In this document: positions 7,167 through 16,118 of the stretch, piece after piece | Position numbering within the stretch: the first letter of the stretch is position 1 | Layout of the letters: every line of letters starts with the position of its first letter | Source of the DNA: an uncultured Bdellovibrionales bacterium | GTDB lineage: Bacteria; Patescibacteriota; Minisyncoccia; Moranbacterales; UBA1568 | Assembly: GCA_964384235.1 (NCBI GenBank) | Contig: CAYLJX010000003.1 | Location: 8,389-72,388, forward strand | Length of the DNA stretch: 64,000 nt | Direction: 5' to 3' | Notes under the pieces: generated by a model | The model's input: the letters and a program-made list of their open reading frames with translations, nothing else | Told to the model about the DNA's origin: nothing | Database searches by the model: none | Program-made: the position numbers and the translations under genes

Positions 7167-8102
7167 TTACGCCTGCCTTTGTCCGGCAAGCAGTTTTTCC
7201 AACCGGCGGATCTTGATCTTGACCATGCGGTGGACAGGACTGAGTTTGAGAACCTGGCGGTAGCACTCTTTGGCGTCCTTGACGTTGTTCGTCTCGAGAT
7301 AATAATCACCGAGCGCCTCATACGCCGCGAAATCCTTAGGATTGGCGGCAATGTTCGCGATGAGATCCTCCTCCCGGGACGCGCGGGTCGTAGTCCGGGA
7401 AGCATTGCGCACAGAACCCGCGGCAGGGCGAGCAACCGGCTTTCGTCTGACCTCGGGCTGCGTCATGGTCTCGCTCACCATAGGTCGGACCGGGCGATCC
7501 TCGTCATCAGAAACATTCCGAGACACTGCCACTTCCTGTTCCTGCCTCTTTCGTCGGATGATCGGAGCAGTGAGCGTTTCGTCGGAGAACGATTTCCTGA
7601 AGGTTTCCCGCTCCGCAACCGGCATTTCCTCTCCTGATGATTTTTCCTCTTCGATCACAGTACTGATTCCCTGCTCTTCTTCCACGACTGTCGTTTCCCG
7701 TCTCCTCTTGAAACGGGAGAAGAAACTTTTCTTTTCAATCTCAGGAATCATTTCCACTCTTTCCGTCTCGGAGACTATTTCCTGCTGAGAAGCTTCGGGT
7801 TGTTCTTCGGAGACAGCAGCCTTTTCCTGCATCTCCTGACGCTTCTCACGAAGCGACTGCGTGAGATCGTTCAGGTGATTGTGCATCTTGAGAGAGATGA
7901 TCTTGAACCGCTGGGTCGTCTTTTCTAGGAGACGAAGAAAAAAAGTCTTGGTCCGGGAAAAAGCGATTTTCTCACCCGCTCCTTCTTCGATATCCGACAC
8001 CAAAGCCGTCACGGCCGGATCCTTCGCCTTCCGCGAGAGATACCATAGCAAAAAAGCGAGACTCAGAACGACGACTACTGGCGGAACAATCAGATACCAC
8101 AT
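7167..8102 (-). CDS. hypothetical membrane-anchored protein with C-terminal TPR-like motif
   Basis: N-terminal TM helix (VPPVVVVLSLAFLLWYL), a long charged low-complexity middle, and a C-terminal AYEALGDYYLETNNVKDAKECYRQVLKLSP that looks like a TPR. Confidence 0.5.
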   Translation of the reverse strand: MWYLIVPPVVVVLSLAFLLWYLSRKAKDPAVTALVSDIEEGAGEKIAFSRTKTFFLRLLEKTTQRFKIISLKMHNHLNDLTQSLREKRQEMQEKAAVSEEQPEASQQEIVSETERVEMIPEIEKKSFFSRFKRRRETTVVEEEQGISTVIEEEKSSGEEMPVAERETFRKSFSDETLTAPIIRRKRQEQEVAVSRNVSDDEDRPVRPMVSETMTQPEVRRKPVARPAAGSVRNASRTTTRASREEDLIANIAANPKDFAAYEALGDYYLETNNVKDAKECYRQVLKLSPVHRMVKIKIRRLEKLLAGQRQA

Positions 8103-8109
8103 TCTTTTA

Positions 8110-8235
8110 TTGCAGAGACTTCAGCGTTCGGCACATTTCTTTGTCGCCGCTTTGGTGCTCGATACGTTACGCTTTCGCAGTAGCGCTTACTTCGCTCCTC
8201 GCGGCTCCTCGAACTGTACTCGAACCCTGAAGCCC
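8110..8235 (-). repeat. MITE-like intergenic repeat, copy 1 (inverted orientation)
   Basis: Its reverse complement reads ...cttcagggttcGAGTACAGTTCGAGGagccgcGAGGAGCGAAGTAAGCgctactgcgaaagcgtaacgtaTCGAGCACcaaaGCggcgACAAAGAAATGTGCCgAAC..., which aligns with the copies at 14053, 17206, 47031 and 52857. Confidence 0.7.
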
Positions 8236-8262
8236 GTATTACTTCAGGCACTCTCACGACGC

Positions 8263-8847
8263 TTACATCTCGTAGCGGATGAAGCTTCCAACCTGTATAT
8301 TCTCCCCGATTTTCTGGATCTTTTCAGTAATGAGCGCTCCGACGGTCTTGTCGGCATCCTTGACGAACGGCTGCGTGAGGAGCGCGATATCGTTTCGGAA
8401 CTTCTGTTCCTTGCCCGTCATGATCTTGTCGAGGATCTCGGCCGGCTTGCCCTCCTGGGCGAGCTGCTCACGCCAGATGGCACGTTCCTTCTCGATAGTC
8501 TCCGCCGGGACATCTTCCGGCTTCAGAAACTGCGGGGCGGCGGCGGCGATATGCATCGCGATATCCTTGCCGAGCTCCTGGAACTCTTCGTTTCGCGCCA
8601 CGAAATCGGTCTCGCAGAAGAGCTTGACCATGGCACCGACACGCTTGTTGGAATGGACGTACGAGGCGATGAATCCTTCGCGGGCCTCACGGTCGCCTTT
8701 CTTGAGGGCCTTGTCCTGGCCGCGCTTGCGAAGAATCTCGATGGCTTTCGCTTCATCGCCGTTCGCTTCCTCGAGGGCTTTCTTCACATCGACGATACCG
8801 GCGCCGGTCCGCTCACGCAGGCCTTTGATCTGTTCCAATTGACTCAT
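8263..8847 (-). CDS. tsf: elongation factor Ts (short form)
   Basis: N-terminal UBA-like LRERTGAGIVDVKKALEEANGDEAKAIEILRKRG plus a dimerisation core. 194 aa. Confidence 0.9.
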   Translation of the reverse strand: MSQLEQIKGLRERTGAGIVDVKKALEEANGDEAKAIEILRKRGQDKALKKGDREAREGFIASYVHSNKRVGAMVKLFCETDFVARNEEFQELGKDIAMHIAAAAPQFLKPEDVPAETIEKERAIWREQLAQEGKPAEILDKIMTGKEQKFRNDIALLTQPFVKDADKTVGALITEKIQKIGENIQVGSFIRYEM

Positions 8848-8922
8848 AGATGTAAGGATACTTTGATTTTAACATTCTCTTCCCTTTCGGGACACTCCAA
8901 GAACCGGCAACAATATAAAGAG

Positions 8923-9738
8923 CTATTTGACAGCCTCTTTCTCGGCTTCCTGCTTCGGAGTCACGACGGCTTTCTCCTTCACGGAAAGCACTGCCTTCCC
9001 GAGAAAACCAAGGAGAAGGCGAAGCGACGACAACGCGTCGTCATTGCCCGGGACGGGATAGTCCACGAAGCTCGGATCGGTGTTGGTATCGACGATACCG
9101 ACGATCGGGACACGCATCTTGCGCGCCTCCTTGAGGACGAGGTCCGCCTCCTTGACGTCGGCGATGACGATCGCTCCAGGGAGTTCCCGCATGTGCTTGA
9201 TACCACCGACCTTCTTCTCCAGCTTTTCGAGCTCCTCCATCATCTTGGACTGCTCGAACTTGGTGTACTTCTTGAACTCCCCCGCCGCGAACTTCTCCTG
9301 GGATTCGATGAGGTGCTTGCCGCGGGCATGGATGGCGTTGAAGTTGGTGAGCGTGCCGCCGAGCCAGCGATCGATGACATACGGCTGCCCCAGACGTGTC
9401 GAGAGCGACCGGACCGTCTCGTGGGTCTGTTTCTTCATCCCGACGAAGAGCACCGGCTTGCCGCTCTTTACCACGTCGGCGAGGAAGGCCGCGGCCGCCT
9501 CCATCTTCTCCTGTGTCTTCTGGAGGTTCAGGATGTTGATGTTCTTGCGCGTCGTGAAGATGTACTCGTCCATCTTCGGATGGCGGCGGGACTTGAGGTG
9601 TCCGAAATGCACGCCGGCCTTGAGCATCGCCTCGAGACTCGCATCGAGCTTGTCAAAATCAAAATCAGCGAAAAACGAGTCGTTCGCCTTGGTCGCGGTT
9701 TTCTCGGCAGTCGCGGCTGCCTTGACGCTATCGGTCAT
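8923..9738 (-). CDS. rpsB: 30S ribosomal protein S2
   Basis: ...MLKAGVHFGHLKSRRHPKMDEYIFTTRKNINILNLQKT...VLFVG... is canonical S2. It is followed by tsf as usual. Confidence 0.95.
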   Translation of the reverse strand: MTDSVKAAATAEKTATKANDSFFADFDFDKLDASLEAMLKAGVHFGHLKSRRHPKMDEYIFTTRKNINILNLQKTQEKMEAAAAFLADVVKSGKPVLFVGMKKQTHETVRSLSTRLGQPYVIDRWLGGTLTNFNAIHARGKHLIESQEKFAAGEFKKYTKFEQSKMMEELEKLEKKVGGIKHMRELPGAIVIADVKEADLVLKEARKMRVPIVGIVDTNTDPSFVDYPVPGNDDALSSLRLLLGFLGKAVLSVKEKAVVTPKQEAEKEAVK

Positions 9739-9915
9739 AATGGTTCTTCCTTACTTGGTTACGTCTACCTCTCCTCCTGACGAGACCCGCAAGCGCATCT
9801 TCAAAAAAGAAACGCGAGGAAGGGATCTTCCGGAGAGATATGCTGGATTTTCCCGCTCCCCCGAGAGGGAACGAACGAAGAAAATACAGTCCCTAGTATA
9901 GCAGAGACGGAGGAC

Positions 9916-9944
9916 TTGTCAATTCCTGAAAGACGTGCTAGACT
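9916..9944 (+). promoter_or_regulatory. candidate sigma-70 promoter for rpmE (TTGTCA-17-TAGACT)
   Basis: Hexamers at 9916-9921 and 9939-9944, about 30 nt upstream of the rpmE start. This is a weak motif match. Confidence 0.3.
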
Positions 9945-9973
9945 CTATTTCACTGAAGTAACACCGACTCATT

Positions 9974-10276
9974 ATGAAGCAAGGTATCCACCCCACCTAT
10001 TTCGAGGAAGCGACTGTCACCTGCGCCTGCGGCGCGGTGTTTCAGACTGGCTCGACCGTCCAGACGATGGATGTCGAAATCTGCTCGCAGTGCCATCCGT
10101 TCTATACCGGCAAGAAGAAATTCATCGACACCACCGGCCGCGTCGACCGCTTCAAGAAGCTGACTGAACGCTCCATCGAAAAGAAAGGCGCCCTCAAGAC
10201 CAAGGCTCCTCGCGTCAAGAAGGACCAGAAAGAAAAGAAGGAAACCGCTCCCGCCAAGGCCGAGAAGGCTGCTTAG
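9974..10276 (+). CDS. rpmE: 50S ribosomal protein L31
   Basis: [47 protein letters not shown] has the type-A zinc-binding motifs. Confidence 0.9.
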   Translation: MKQGIHPTYFEEATVTCACGAVFQTGSTVQTMDVEICSQCHPFYTGKKKFIDTTGRVDRFKKLTERSIEKKGALKTKAPRVKKDQKEKKETAPAKAEKAA

Positions 10277-10344
10277 CGACTTTTCTCAAGCGCTTTCTTT
10301 TCCGTACCTGTGCCCCATTACATTCGAAACTTTTGAGAAAGCGC

Positions 10345-10374
10345 AATCCCGTCCATTTGGTCGGGATTTTGTTT
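10345..10374 (+). terminator. intrinsic terminator after rpmE (AATCCCG-loop-CGGGATT + TTGTTT)
   Basis: A stem-loop followed by a T-run, 70 nt past the rpmE stop. Confidence 0.55.
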
Positions 10375-10420
10375 AGAAAAAATTTTAAATTTTGAACTTT
10401 GACTTTTGACTTGTTGTCAT

Positions 10421-11515
10421 ATGAACGATCTCATCACCGAAATCGAACGCGAGCACCAGGCCGTGACCGCGGCTCTGAGCGATCCGGAAATCGTGAAAGA
10501 ACCCAAGAAGCTCGCGGACTTCGGCCGCCGCAAGACCGAACTCGACGCCATCATCGAACGCGCCGAGAAGCTTCGTGCTGTCGAAAAGAGCATGCGCGAC
10601 AACGCCGCTCTCACTCATGATCCGGACATGGACGCGGAGCTCAAAAGCATGGCCATCGAGGAGAACATCGCGCTCGCCGAACAGAAGACCGCGCTCGAGG
10701 AAGAACTGAAGCGCCTCCTCCTCCCGAAAGACCGGAACGATGACAAGGATATCATAGTCGAGATCCGTGGCGGCGCCGGCGGGGACGAATCCACCCTCTT
10801 CGCGGCCGAACTGTATCGCATGTACGTCCATTACGCGGAAACTCTCGGTTGGCGCATCACCATGCTCCACTCCAACCAGACCGAAGTCGGCGGGTTCAAG
10901 GAAGCCGTCTTTGAGATCAACCGCGGCGGAAGCGACATACCGGTCTATTCCAAGATGAAGTACGAATCCGGCGTACACCGTGTCCAGCGCGTCCCTGAAA
11001 CCGAGAAGATGGGCCGCGTCCACACTTCGACCGTGACCGTCGCCGTCCTCCCTCAGGCCGAAGAAGTGGAAATCTCCATCAATCCGGCTGACCTGCGCAT
11101 CGATACCTTCTGTTCCTCCGGTCCCGGCGGCCAATCGGTCAACACTACCTACAGCGCCGTCCGTATCACCCACATCCCGAGCGGTCTCGTCGTCTCCTGT
11201 CAGGACGAGAAGTCCCAGATCAAGAACCGTGACAAGGCCATGAAGGTCCTGCGCTCGCGCCTCCTCCAGATGGAAGAGGAACGCCAGGCCAAGGAGCAGG
11301 GCGACGCCCGTCGCAGCCAGATCGGCACCGGCGACCGAAGCGAGAAGATCCGCACCTACAATTTCCCCCAGGACCGCATCACCGACCACCGTATCAAAGA
11401 ATCCTGGAGCAATCTCCACGGCATCCTCGCCGGCAACCTCGAACCCATCCTCTCCGCCCTCGAAGCCGAGGATATCCGCCGCAAACTGGAAAGACAGTCA
11501 ACAGAAAACAGTTAA
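10421..11515 (+). CDS. prfA: peptide chain release factor 1
   Basis: GGQ motif ([23 protein letters not shown]) and a PET tripeptide (RF1-type PxT). The ORF track starts at 10406, but [10 protein letters not shown] at 10421 is the more likely start. Confidence 0.9.
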   Translation: MNDLITEIEREHQAVTAALSDPEIVKEPKKLADFGRRKTELDAIIERAEKLRAVEKSMRDNAALTHDPDMDAELKSMAIEENIALAEQKTALEEELKRLLLPKDRNDDKDIIVEIRGGAGGDESTLFAAELYRMYVHYAETLGWRITMLHSNQTEVGGFKEAVFEINRGGSDIPVYSKMKYESGVHRVQRVPETEKMGRVHTSTVTVAVLPQAEEVEISINPADLRIDTFCSSGPGGQSVNTTYSAVRITHIPSGLVVSCQDEKSQIKNRDKAMKVLRSRLLQMEEERQAKEQGDARRSQIGTGDRSEKIRTYNFPQDRITDHRIKESWSNLHGILAGNLEPILSALEAEDIRRKLERQSTENS

Positions 11516-11637
11516 CAACAAACAAAGAAACACGAATATGTTGCACACTATAACATACGACCGGATATTATAGTGTGCATGCCCGGGAACTTCGTATCCG
11601 TACTGTTTTCTGTTTTTTGTTGACTGTTATCTGATTT

Positions 11638-12522
11638 ATGACCGTTCAAGCGCTCCAAAAAAAATTCCTCCCCTCCCTCGCGCCGGAGGATTTTTTCGTT
11701 CTGCTTGCGGAAGCGACCAGCAAGGACAAGGCATTCCTCCTGGCCCATCCGGAATACGAGCTTAGGGCAGAGACAGAAGCGAAAGCCCAGGAATACTTCG
11801 CGAGACGCCTCCGCCATGAACCAGTCGCCTACATCGTCGGCCACAAGGAGTTCTACGGCCGGGATTTCAGGGTGACCCCCGCGACGCTCATCCCCAGACC
11901 GGAAACCGAACTGCTTGTCGAGCTTACGCTCAACGAGATTTCCAATTTCCAATTTCCAATTTCCAAAAAAATAATCCTTATCGATGTAGGAACGGGGAGC
12001 GGGAATATCATCATCACCCTTGCAAAGGAAATATCATATCTCATATCTCATATCTCATCATTCAGTTTCCATGCAACGGACATTTCCCTCGATGCGCTCA
12101 CCGTCGCGAAAGAAAATTCCAAACGACATCACGTCGATCATCTCATCTCTTTCCATCAGGGCGATCTCCTTACACCGATCATCGATGAACTGAGAGAGGC
12201 AGAACACATCATCATCACCGCCAATCTCCCTTATCTCTCCGAAACGATCTACGATGACGCCGAAGACGACGTGAAGGATTTCGAACCACGAAGCGCACTC
12301 ATAAGCGACGAGGAGGGACTCGCGCACTCATATCGTCTCCTGGAACAGCTCCACGCACTCACAGCACGCAAGTCTCTCGACGTGTTTTTTGAAATCAGTC
12401 CGGAACAATCTTCTCTTCTGCAAGATCGCATCCGGACGCTCTTTCCTGAGTCAAAAACAACTATTCATCCTGACCTTTCCGGCCGGGACAGAATTGTCTC
12501 TTTTTCCCTTTTTCGAGCCTAA
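11638..12522 (+). CDS. prmC: release factor glutamine N5-methyltransferase PrmC/HemK
   Basis: Class I SAM methyltransferase motifs (ILIDVGTGSGNIIITLA and TANLPYLS, the latter an NPPY-like motif). It lies immediately after prfA as in many bacteria. It contains two in-frame heptanucleotide tracts. Confidence 0.8.
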   Translation: MTVQALQKKFLPSLAPEDFFVLLAEATSKDKAFLLAHPEYELRAETEAKAQEYFARRLRHEPVAYIVGHKEFYGRDFRVTPATLIPRPETELLVELTLNEISNFQFPISKKIILIDVGTGSGNIIITLAKEISYLISHISSFSFHATDISLDALTVAKENSKRHHVDHLISFHQGDLLTPIIDELREAEHIIITANLPYLSETIYDDAEDDVKDFEPRSALISDEEGLAHSYRLLEQLHALTARKSLDVFFEISPEQSSLLQDRIRTLFPESKTTIHPDLSGRDRIVSFSLFRA

Positions 12523-12540
12523 AAACAGGATTGAAAAACG

Positions 12541-12572
12541 AAAAGACCCCGACTTTCGTCGGGGCTCTTCGT
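12541..12572. terminator. bidirectional intrinsic terminator (GACCCCGAC-TTTC-GTCGGGGC)
   Basis: A hairpin with A-runs upstream and T-rich sequence downstream on both strands. It sits between the convergent prmC and the small basic-protein gene. Confidence 0.55.
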
Positions 12573-12602
12573 TGGTTAACCAAAAGAACCTGAAAAGGCA
12601 AA

Positions 12603-12722
12603 ACTATTTGCGCTTCTTGGTGGTCTTCTTCGCGGCCTTCTTCTTCGTCACCTTCTTCGCGGCCTTCTTCTTCGTCACCTTCTTCGCAACTTTCTTTTTG
12701 GTTGTCTTTTTCTTGGCTGCCA
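12603..12722 (-). CDS. small lysine-rich basic protein (histone H1/HCT-like), 39 aa
   Basis: Not in the ORF track. The minus-strand ORF MAAKKKTTKKKVAKKVTKKKAAKKVTKKKAAKKTTKKRK is preceded by a strong SD, GGAGGTGA, 6 nt upstream. It contains a perfect 27-nt direct duplication and ends at the bidirectional terminator. Confidence 0.55.
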
Positions 12723-13231
12723 TATTGCTCACCTCCCTCCTTGCCGTTCTTCTCATCCGTCGTTCCCGTTGGAAGCGCTCGGAGGAAGAATCGGATTATT
12801 TTTTCACACAACACGATTTTTATTTTCAGAGTGTGTGATGCGCGGAAAAATTTTTCCGTACATTTTTATTATACTCTCTTTTTCAAAAATGCAAAGGGAA
12901 AAATAATTCCTGTCAACACCTCGTACACTATTACAAACGATGAAGAGAAAAGTTTCATGTAACAACCGAAGAAAAGTAAAATGAGAAATGGAAAATTAAA
13001 AAATTTAAAAGCAAAATTCAAAATGATTTTCAAAAACAAAACCGATCACATCAATCATGCCCTTCATATTTTTAAAATTTTCCATCACCATTTTCCATTT
13101 TCATCTTTCCAATTTCCATTCTCTGTTTCCTCTGCATGATTGGCATACTCACCCGAAAATATTTCTGTGGAACTTCTATCTCTCTACCAAGAAAATCCCC
13201 ATATTACGCTGAAAAACGTGTTTTTTGTCCA

Positions 13232-13260
13232 GTTGACAGGCACTTTTTCAGACCGTAACA
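13232..13260 (+). promoter_or_regulatory. candidate promoter TTGACA-17-TAACAT within a 660-bp AT-rich spacer
   Basis: ttgacaggcactttttcagaccgtaacat lies ~125 nt upstream of the 13385 start. Confidence 0.35.
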
Positions 13261-13384
13261 TGAAGGGAAAGGGGGTCGAAATGCCGGAACATCCCCTCAC
13301 GAAAACGTGTTCCGACCGAAGCTTCAACGCAAGCGGTACTTTGCAAACTTAGAGATGATTAAGCTAGAAAGAGAGGTGAATACC

Positions 13385-13975
13385 ATGGAACAGATGGACC
13401 AGCAGGATCCGATGTTTGAAGACGATTCCGTTTCCGAAGGAAAGACCTGGATTCAGGAGAATCTCCGTATCATTGTCAGTGTATTCATAGTGGCCGCGAT
13501 CGCCTTGGGTATCTATTCGTACTCGCAGCGCTCGCAGACCGTCTCTGACAACGAGAGCCTCCTCGAATCGAGCGGCGTAAGCGAAGAGCAGTCGGAAGGC
13601 GATGTCGCGGAAGGCGACGAGCCGGAAGCAGTGCAGCCGAACAAAGTCGTCGTCACCCCCGAACTCTCCCGCGAGACGGAAAATTCTTTCGTCGAGCAGG
13701 CGGAACGCGGCAACGGGACGACTCACCTGGCACGCCGAGCACTCGCCCACTATCTCGAGAAGAATCCCGACTCATCCCTCACGGCTGAGCACAAGATCTA
13801 CATCGAGGACTATCTCCGCAAGAACGCCGGTTTCCGAGGCGCTGTCACGACCCAGACTTCGATCGAGTTTCAGAAGAGTCTGATTCAGCAAGCTATCGAG
13901 AAATCGAAGACGCTCAATGAACGCCAGTTGAATAACCTGAAAAAGTATTCCGCTCGCGTGAGCGCCTACCGTTAG
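13385..13975 (+). CDS. hypothetical single-pass membrane protein
   Basis: The start at MEQMDQQDP has a good SD (GAGAGGTGA). One TM helix (IIVSVFIVAAIALGIY) is followed by an acidic region. The ORF track begins upstream at 13307 with no SD. Confidence 0.55.
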   Translation: MEQMDQQDPMFEDDSVSEGKTWIQENLRIIVSVFIVAAIALGIYSYSQRSQTVSDNESLLESSGVSEEQSEGDVAEGDEPEAVQPNKVVVTPELSRETENSFVEQAERGNGTTHLARRALAHYLEKNPDSSLTAEHKIYIEDYLRKNAGFRGAVTTQTSIEFQKSLIQQAIEKSKTLNERQLNNLKKYSARVSAYR

Positions 13976-14022
13976 AATCTCGCAACAAGTTCCCCCGTTC
14001 TTTTTCTGCAGATTAAGAAGAT

Positions 14023-14050
14023 AAAACCCCGCAACCGCGGGGTTTTATGT
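14023..14050. terminator. bidirectional intrinsic terminator AAAACCCCGC-AACC-GCGGGGTTTT
   Basis: A perfect 10-bp GC stem flanked by an A4 and a T4 tract, between convergent genes. Confidence 0.7.
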
Positions 14051-14052
14051 TT

Positions 14053-14173
14053 CAAGCTTTCATTTTGGCACATCTCTTCGTTGCAAGCTCCGGTACTCGA
14101 CGCCGTACTTGCATCAGTACGGCTTACTTCGCTCCTCGCTTGCGCCTTGATCTACACTCAAAATGAAAGCTTG
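14053..14173 (-). repeat. MITE-like intergenic repeat, copy 2 (inverted orientation; perfect 15-bp TIR CAAGCTTTCATTTTG)
   Basis: Internal sequence aligns with copies 1 and 3-5. The central hairpin is GCCGTACT-TGCATC-AGTACGGC. It lies between convergent 3' ends. Confidence 0.7.
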
Positions 14174-14180
14174 ACTGATT

Positions 14181-14651
14181 TTAACGGAATTCCACCCGGT
14201 CGCCGACATTGAGTGAGTCCGCCTCGCCGGCGTTCACCTCAAGGACACTGTCGGCCGCCTCCGGAGGACGGAGAACATCTTGGGAATCAGCCGAAACATG
14301 GCGCTCGATATGCACCACCCGGCCGTCCCGAAGCCAGACGATATCGAGAGGAAACCGCATCCCCTTCATCCAGAAAGTATACTCCCCCGGTTGGTCGAAG
14401 ATAAAGAGCATGGCGGAGCGGCTACTGAGCGTGTCGCGATATCCCAAACCCCGACTGTGTTCCGCTTCCGTCCGGGCGATCTCAAGAGTGAAGTATTTCT
14501 CGTGGAACGTCACCTGTGTCGGAAACGCCTGCCAGGAATCCGGTCTTTCTTTCCTTTCAGACCAAAGGAACAGCAGAGCTGCCGCCACTGCCGCTCCGAT
14601 CCCTCCCCACAGGAGGATGCGCGAAATTTTCCGTATTCCGTTAGGAAGCAT
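14181..14651 (-). CDS. DUF192-family protein (secreted/periplasmic, unknown function)
   Basis: N-terminal TM/signal segment, then LEIARTEAEHSRGLGYR...MLFIF...FWMKGMRFPLDIVWL.DGRVVHI, typical of the DUF192/COG1430 family. Confidence 0.65.
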   Translation of the reverse strand: MLPNGIRKISRILLWGGIGAAVAAALLFLWSERKERPDSWQAFPTQVTFHEKYFTLEIARTEAEHSRGLGYRDTLSSRSAMLFIFDQPGEYTFWMKGMRFPLDIVWLRDGRVVHIERHVSADSQDVLRPPEAADSVLEVNAGEADSLNVGDRVEFR

Positions 14652-15675
14652 GGATTTTCTGTTTCAGGACGGTTTTCCGTTCCACAAAGAGAAGCAGTAG
14701 AAAAATAATCCCCAAGACCAGAAGAATGGCCGCCAGCTTTCCCAGTGCCTGCGTATTGAGGGCGATGCCTGCGATGAAGGCCGTCACCAGGAAAAAGAAC
14801 GCCGTGATGCGCCCATCGGACCAGCCGAGCTCCCGGAGACGGTAGTGCAGGTGCCGCTCGTCTGCCTCAAAAACAGGTGCTTTCGCCCGCAGACGCGACA
14901 CGATGACCCAGGCGGCATCGGCGATGGGAAGTGCCAGGACCAGGAGCGCTGTCGCGATCTTGGTTCCGGCCACGATAGCAAGTACCGAGATGAAAAACCC
15001 GAGAAACATCGCTCCGGCCGTACCAGCGAGAATGCGTGCCGGATATATGTTGAAGAGCAGGAATCCAGCCGTCACCCCGGCCCCGATGATAGCCAGGATA
15101 GCGAGAGGCGGCTGATTGACTTCCGGTTTCAGACTCAAGGCGAAGATGGTGAGAAACGTGATGAAGGCGACTCCTCCGCAGAGACCATCGAGACCGTCGA
15201 GCCAGTTGGTCACGTTCATCACGAGCATCACCCAGCAGAAGACGAAGAAAAAGCTCGGGAACAGCCAGTCCTCCACATGAAGCGACCAGATCCCACCGAA
15301 CGGGTTGGTGACGTATGCCACCCGGATACCGAAAATGAAGATGAGTATCGCAAGCGCCACCTGGAAGAACACCTGAGTCTTCCAGTCCAGCTCGGAGAAA
15401 TCATCCCACAGACCGAAGGCGAGTACGACGATCGTCCCCAAAGCCAGTCCGAGGAATTCCTTGGTGAGCACGAGGTGCGTATCCAGAAACAACGCCGCGA
15501 GGAAGGCTAGGATCATCGCCGCTCCGCCCATCCGCGAGAGTGTCTGTTTTCCGGATCGGGAGCGGTTCCGCCATCGTCGTTCCCGAAAAAACGGCAGCGA
15601 CAGAAATACGATGATGAAACCGGCCGTAAGACCGAAGGCGGTCAGGAAGGGTACCAGGAAAAGATCAGACCACAT
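14641..15675 (-). CDS. polyprenyl-phosphate N-acetylhexosamine-1-phosphate transferase (MraY/WecA/TagO family)
   Basis: Polytopic membrane protein with the family signature NVTNWLDGLDGL. 344 aa. It overlaps the DUF192 gene by 11 nt. Confidence 0.6.
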   Translation of the reverse strand: MWSDLFLVPFLTAFGLTAGFIIVFLSLPFFRERRWRNRSRSGKQTLSRMGGAAMILAFLAALFLDTHLVLTKEFLGLALGTIVVLAFGLWDDFSELDWKTQVFFQVALAILIFIFGIRVAYVTNPFGGIWSLHVEDWLFPSFFFVFCWVMLVMNVTNWLDGLDGLCGGVAFITFLTIFALSLKPEVNQPPLAILAIIGAGVTAGFLLFNIYPARILAGTAGAMFLGFFISVLAIVAGTKIATALLVLALPIADAAWVIVSRLRAKAPVFEADERHLHYRLRELGWSDGRITAFFFLVTAFIAGIALNTQALGKLAAILLVLGIIFLLLLFVERKTVLKQKIHAS

Positions 15676-15700
15676 AACGGAAACTGGAATTTAGACGATC

Positions 15701-16111
15701 TCAGTAGTTCACAAAGGCGATAGCTGAACTGGCAATGAGCACCCCCGCTGAAAACATCCCGGATCCCAGAAGCAGGAGATACGCCGCGATACGCTCCGTC
15801 CGATAATAAAACCCGCGCGCCAGGAACAGGTGTCCGAAAAGGGCGATAGCGGCAGCGGCCGGCAACGCGTATACCTGCCACCATGCCCCCAACAAGTCTA
15901 CGCCGAAATAGACGTTGTAGTGGAGAACGATCGGGTTTTCCGTCGGACGGATGAAGTATGCAAGGATCGCAATGCTCGCCGAAAGAGCGAGGAGGTTTCC
16001 GCCAAACAGGATACGCACGAGCGTGTTCCGGAAAAAATCGACACCTCCCTGAGAAAGCGCGACGCGACTCCCCCATGATACTTTTTCCCGATCGAATCGC
16101 GTTTCTTCCAT
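15701..16111 (-). CDS. hypothetical membrane protein (3-4 TM helices)
   Basis: Hydrophobic segments LLALSASIAILAYFI, ALPAAAAIALFGHLFLA and LLLLGSGMFSAGVLIASSAIAFV. No family recognised. Confidence 0.45.
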   Translation of the reverse strand: MEETRFDREKVSWGSRVALSQGGVDFFRNTLVRILFGGNLLALSASIAILAYFIRPTENPIVLHYNVYFGVDLLGAWWQVYALPAAAAIALFGHLFLARGFYYRTERIAAYLLLLGSGMFSAGVLIASSAIAFVNY

Positions 16112-16118
16112 AAAAACG

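Noticed and set aside
10406-10420. prfA start at 10406 (MTCCHMND...)
   Set aside because: RF1 alignments start at [10 protein letters not shown]. The first five codons are unconserved.
12389-12838. ORFs 12389-12838(+) and 12461-12814(-) with FFAAFFFVTFF and EGDEEEGREE repeats
   Set aside because: They are frame artefacts of the lysine-codon repeat (AAGAAG/CTTCTT) of the real 39-aa gene on the minus strand.
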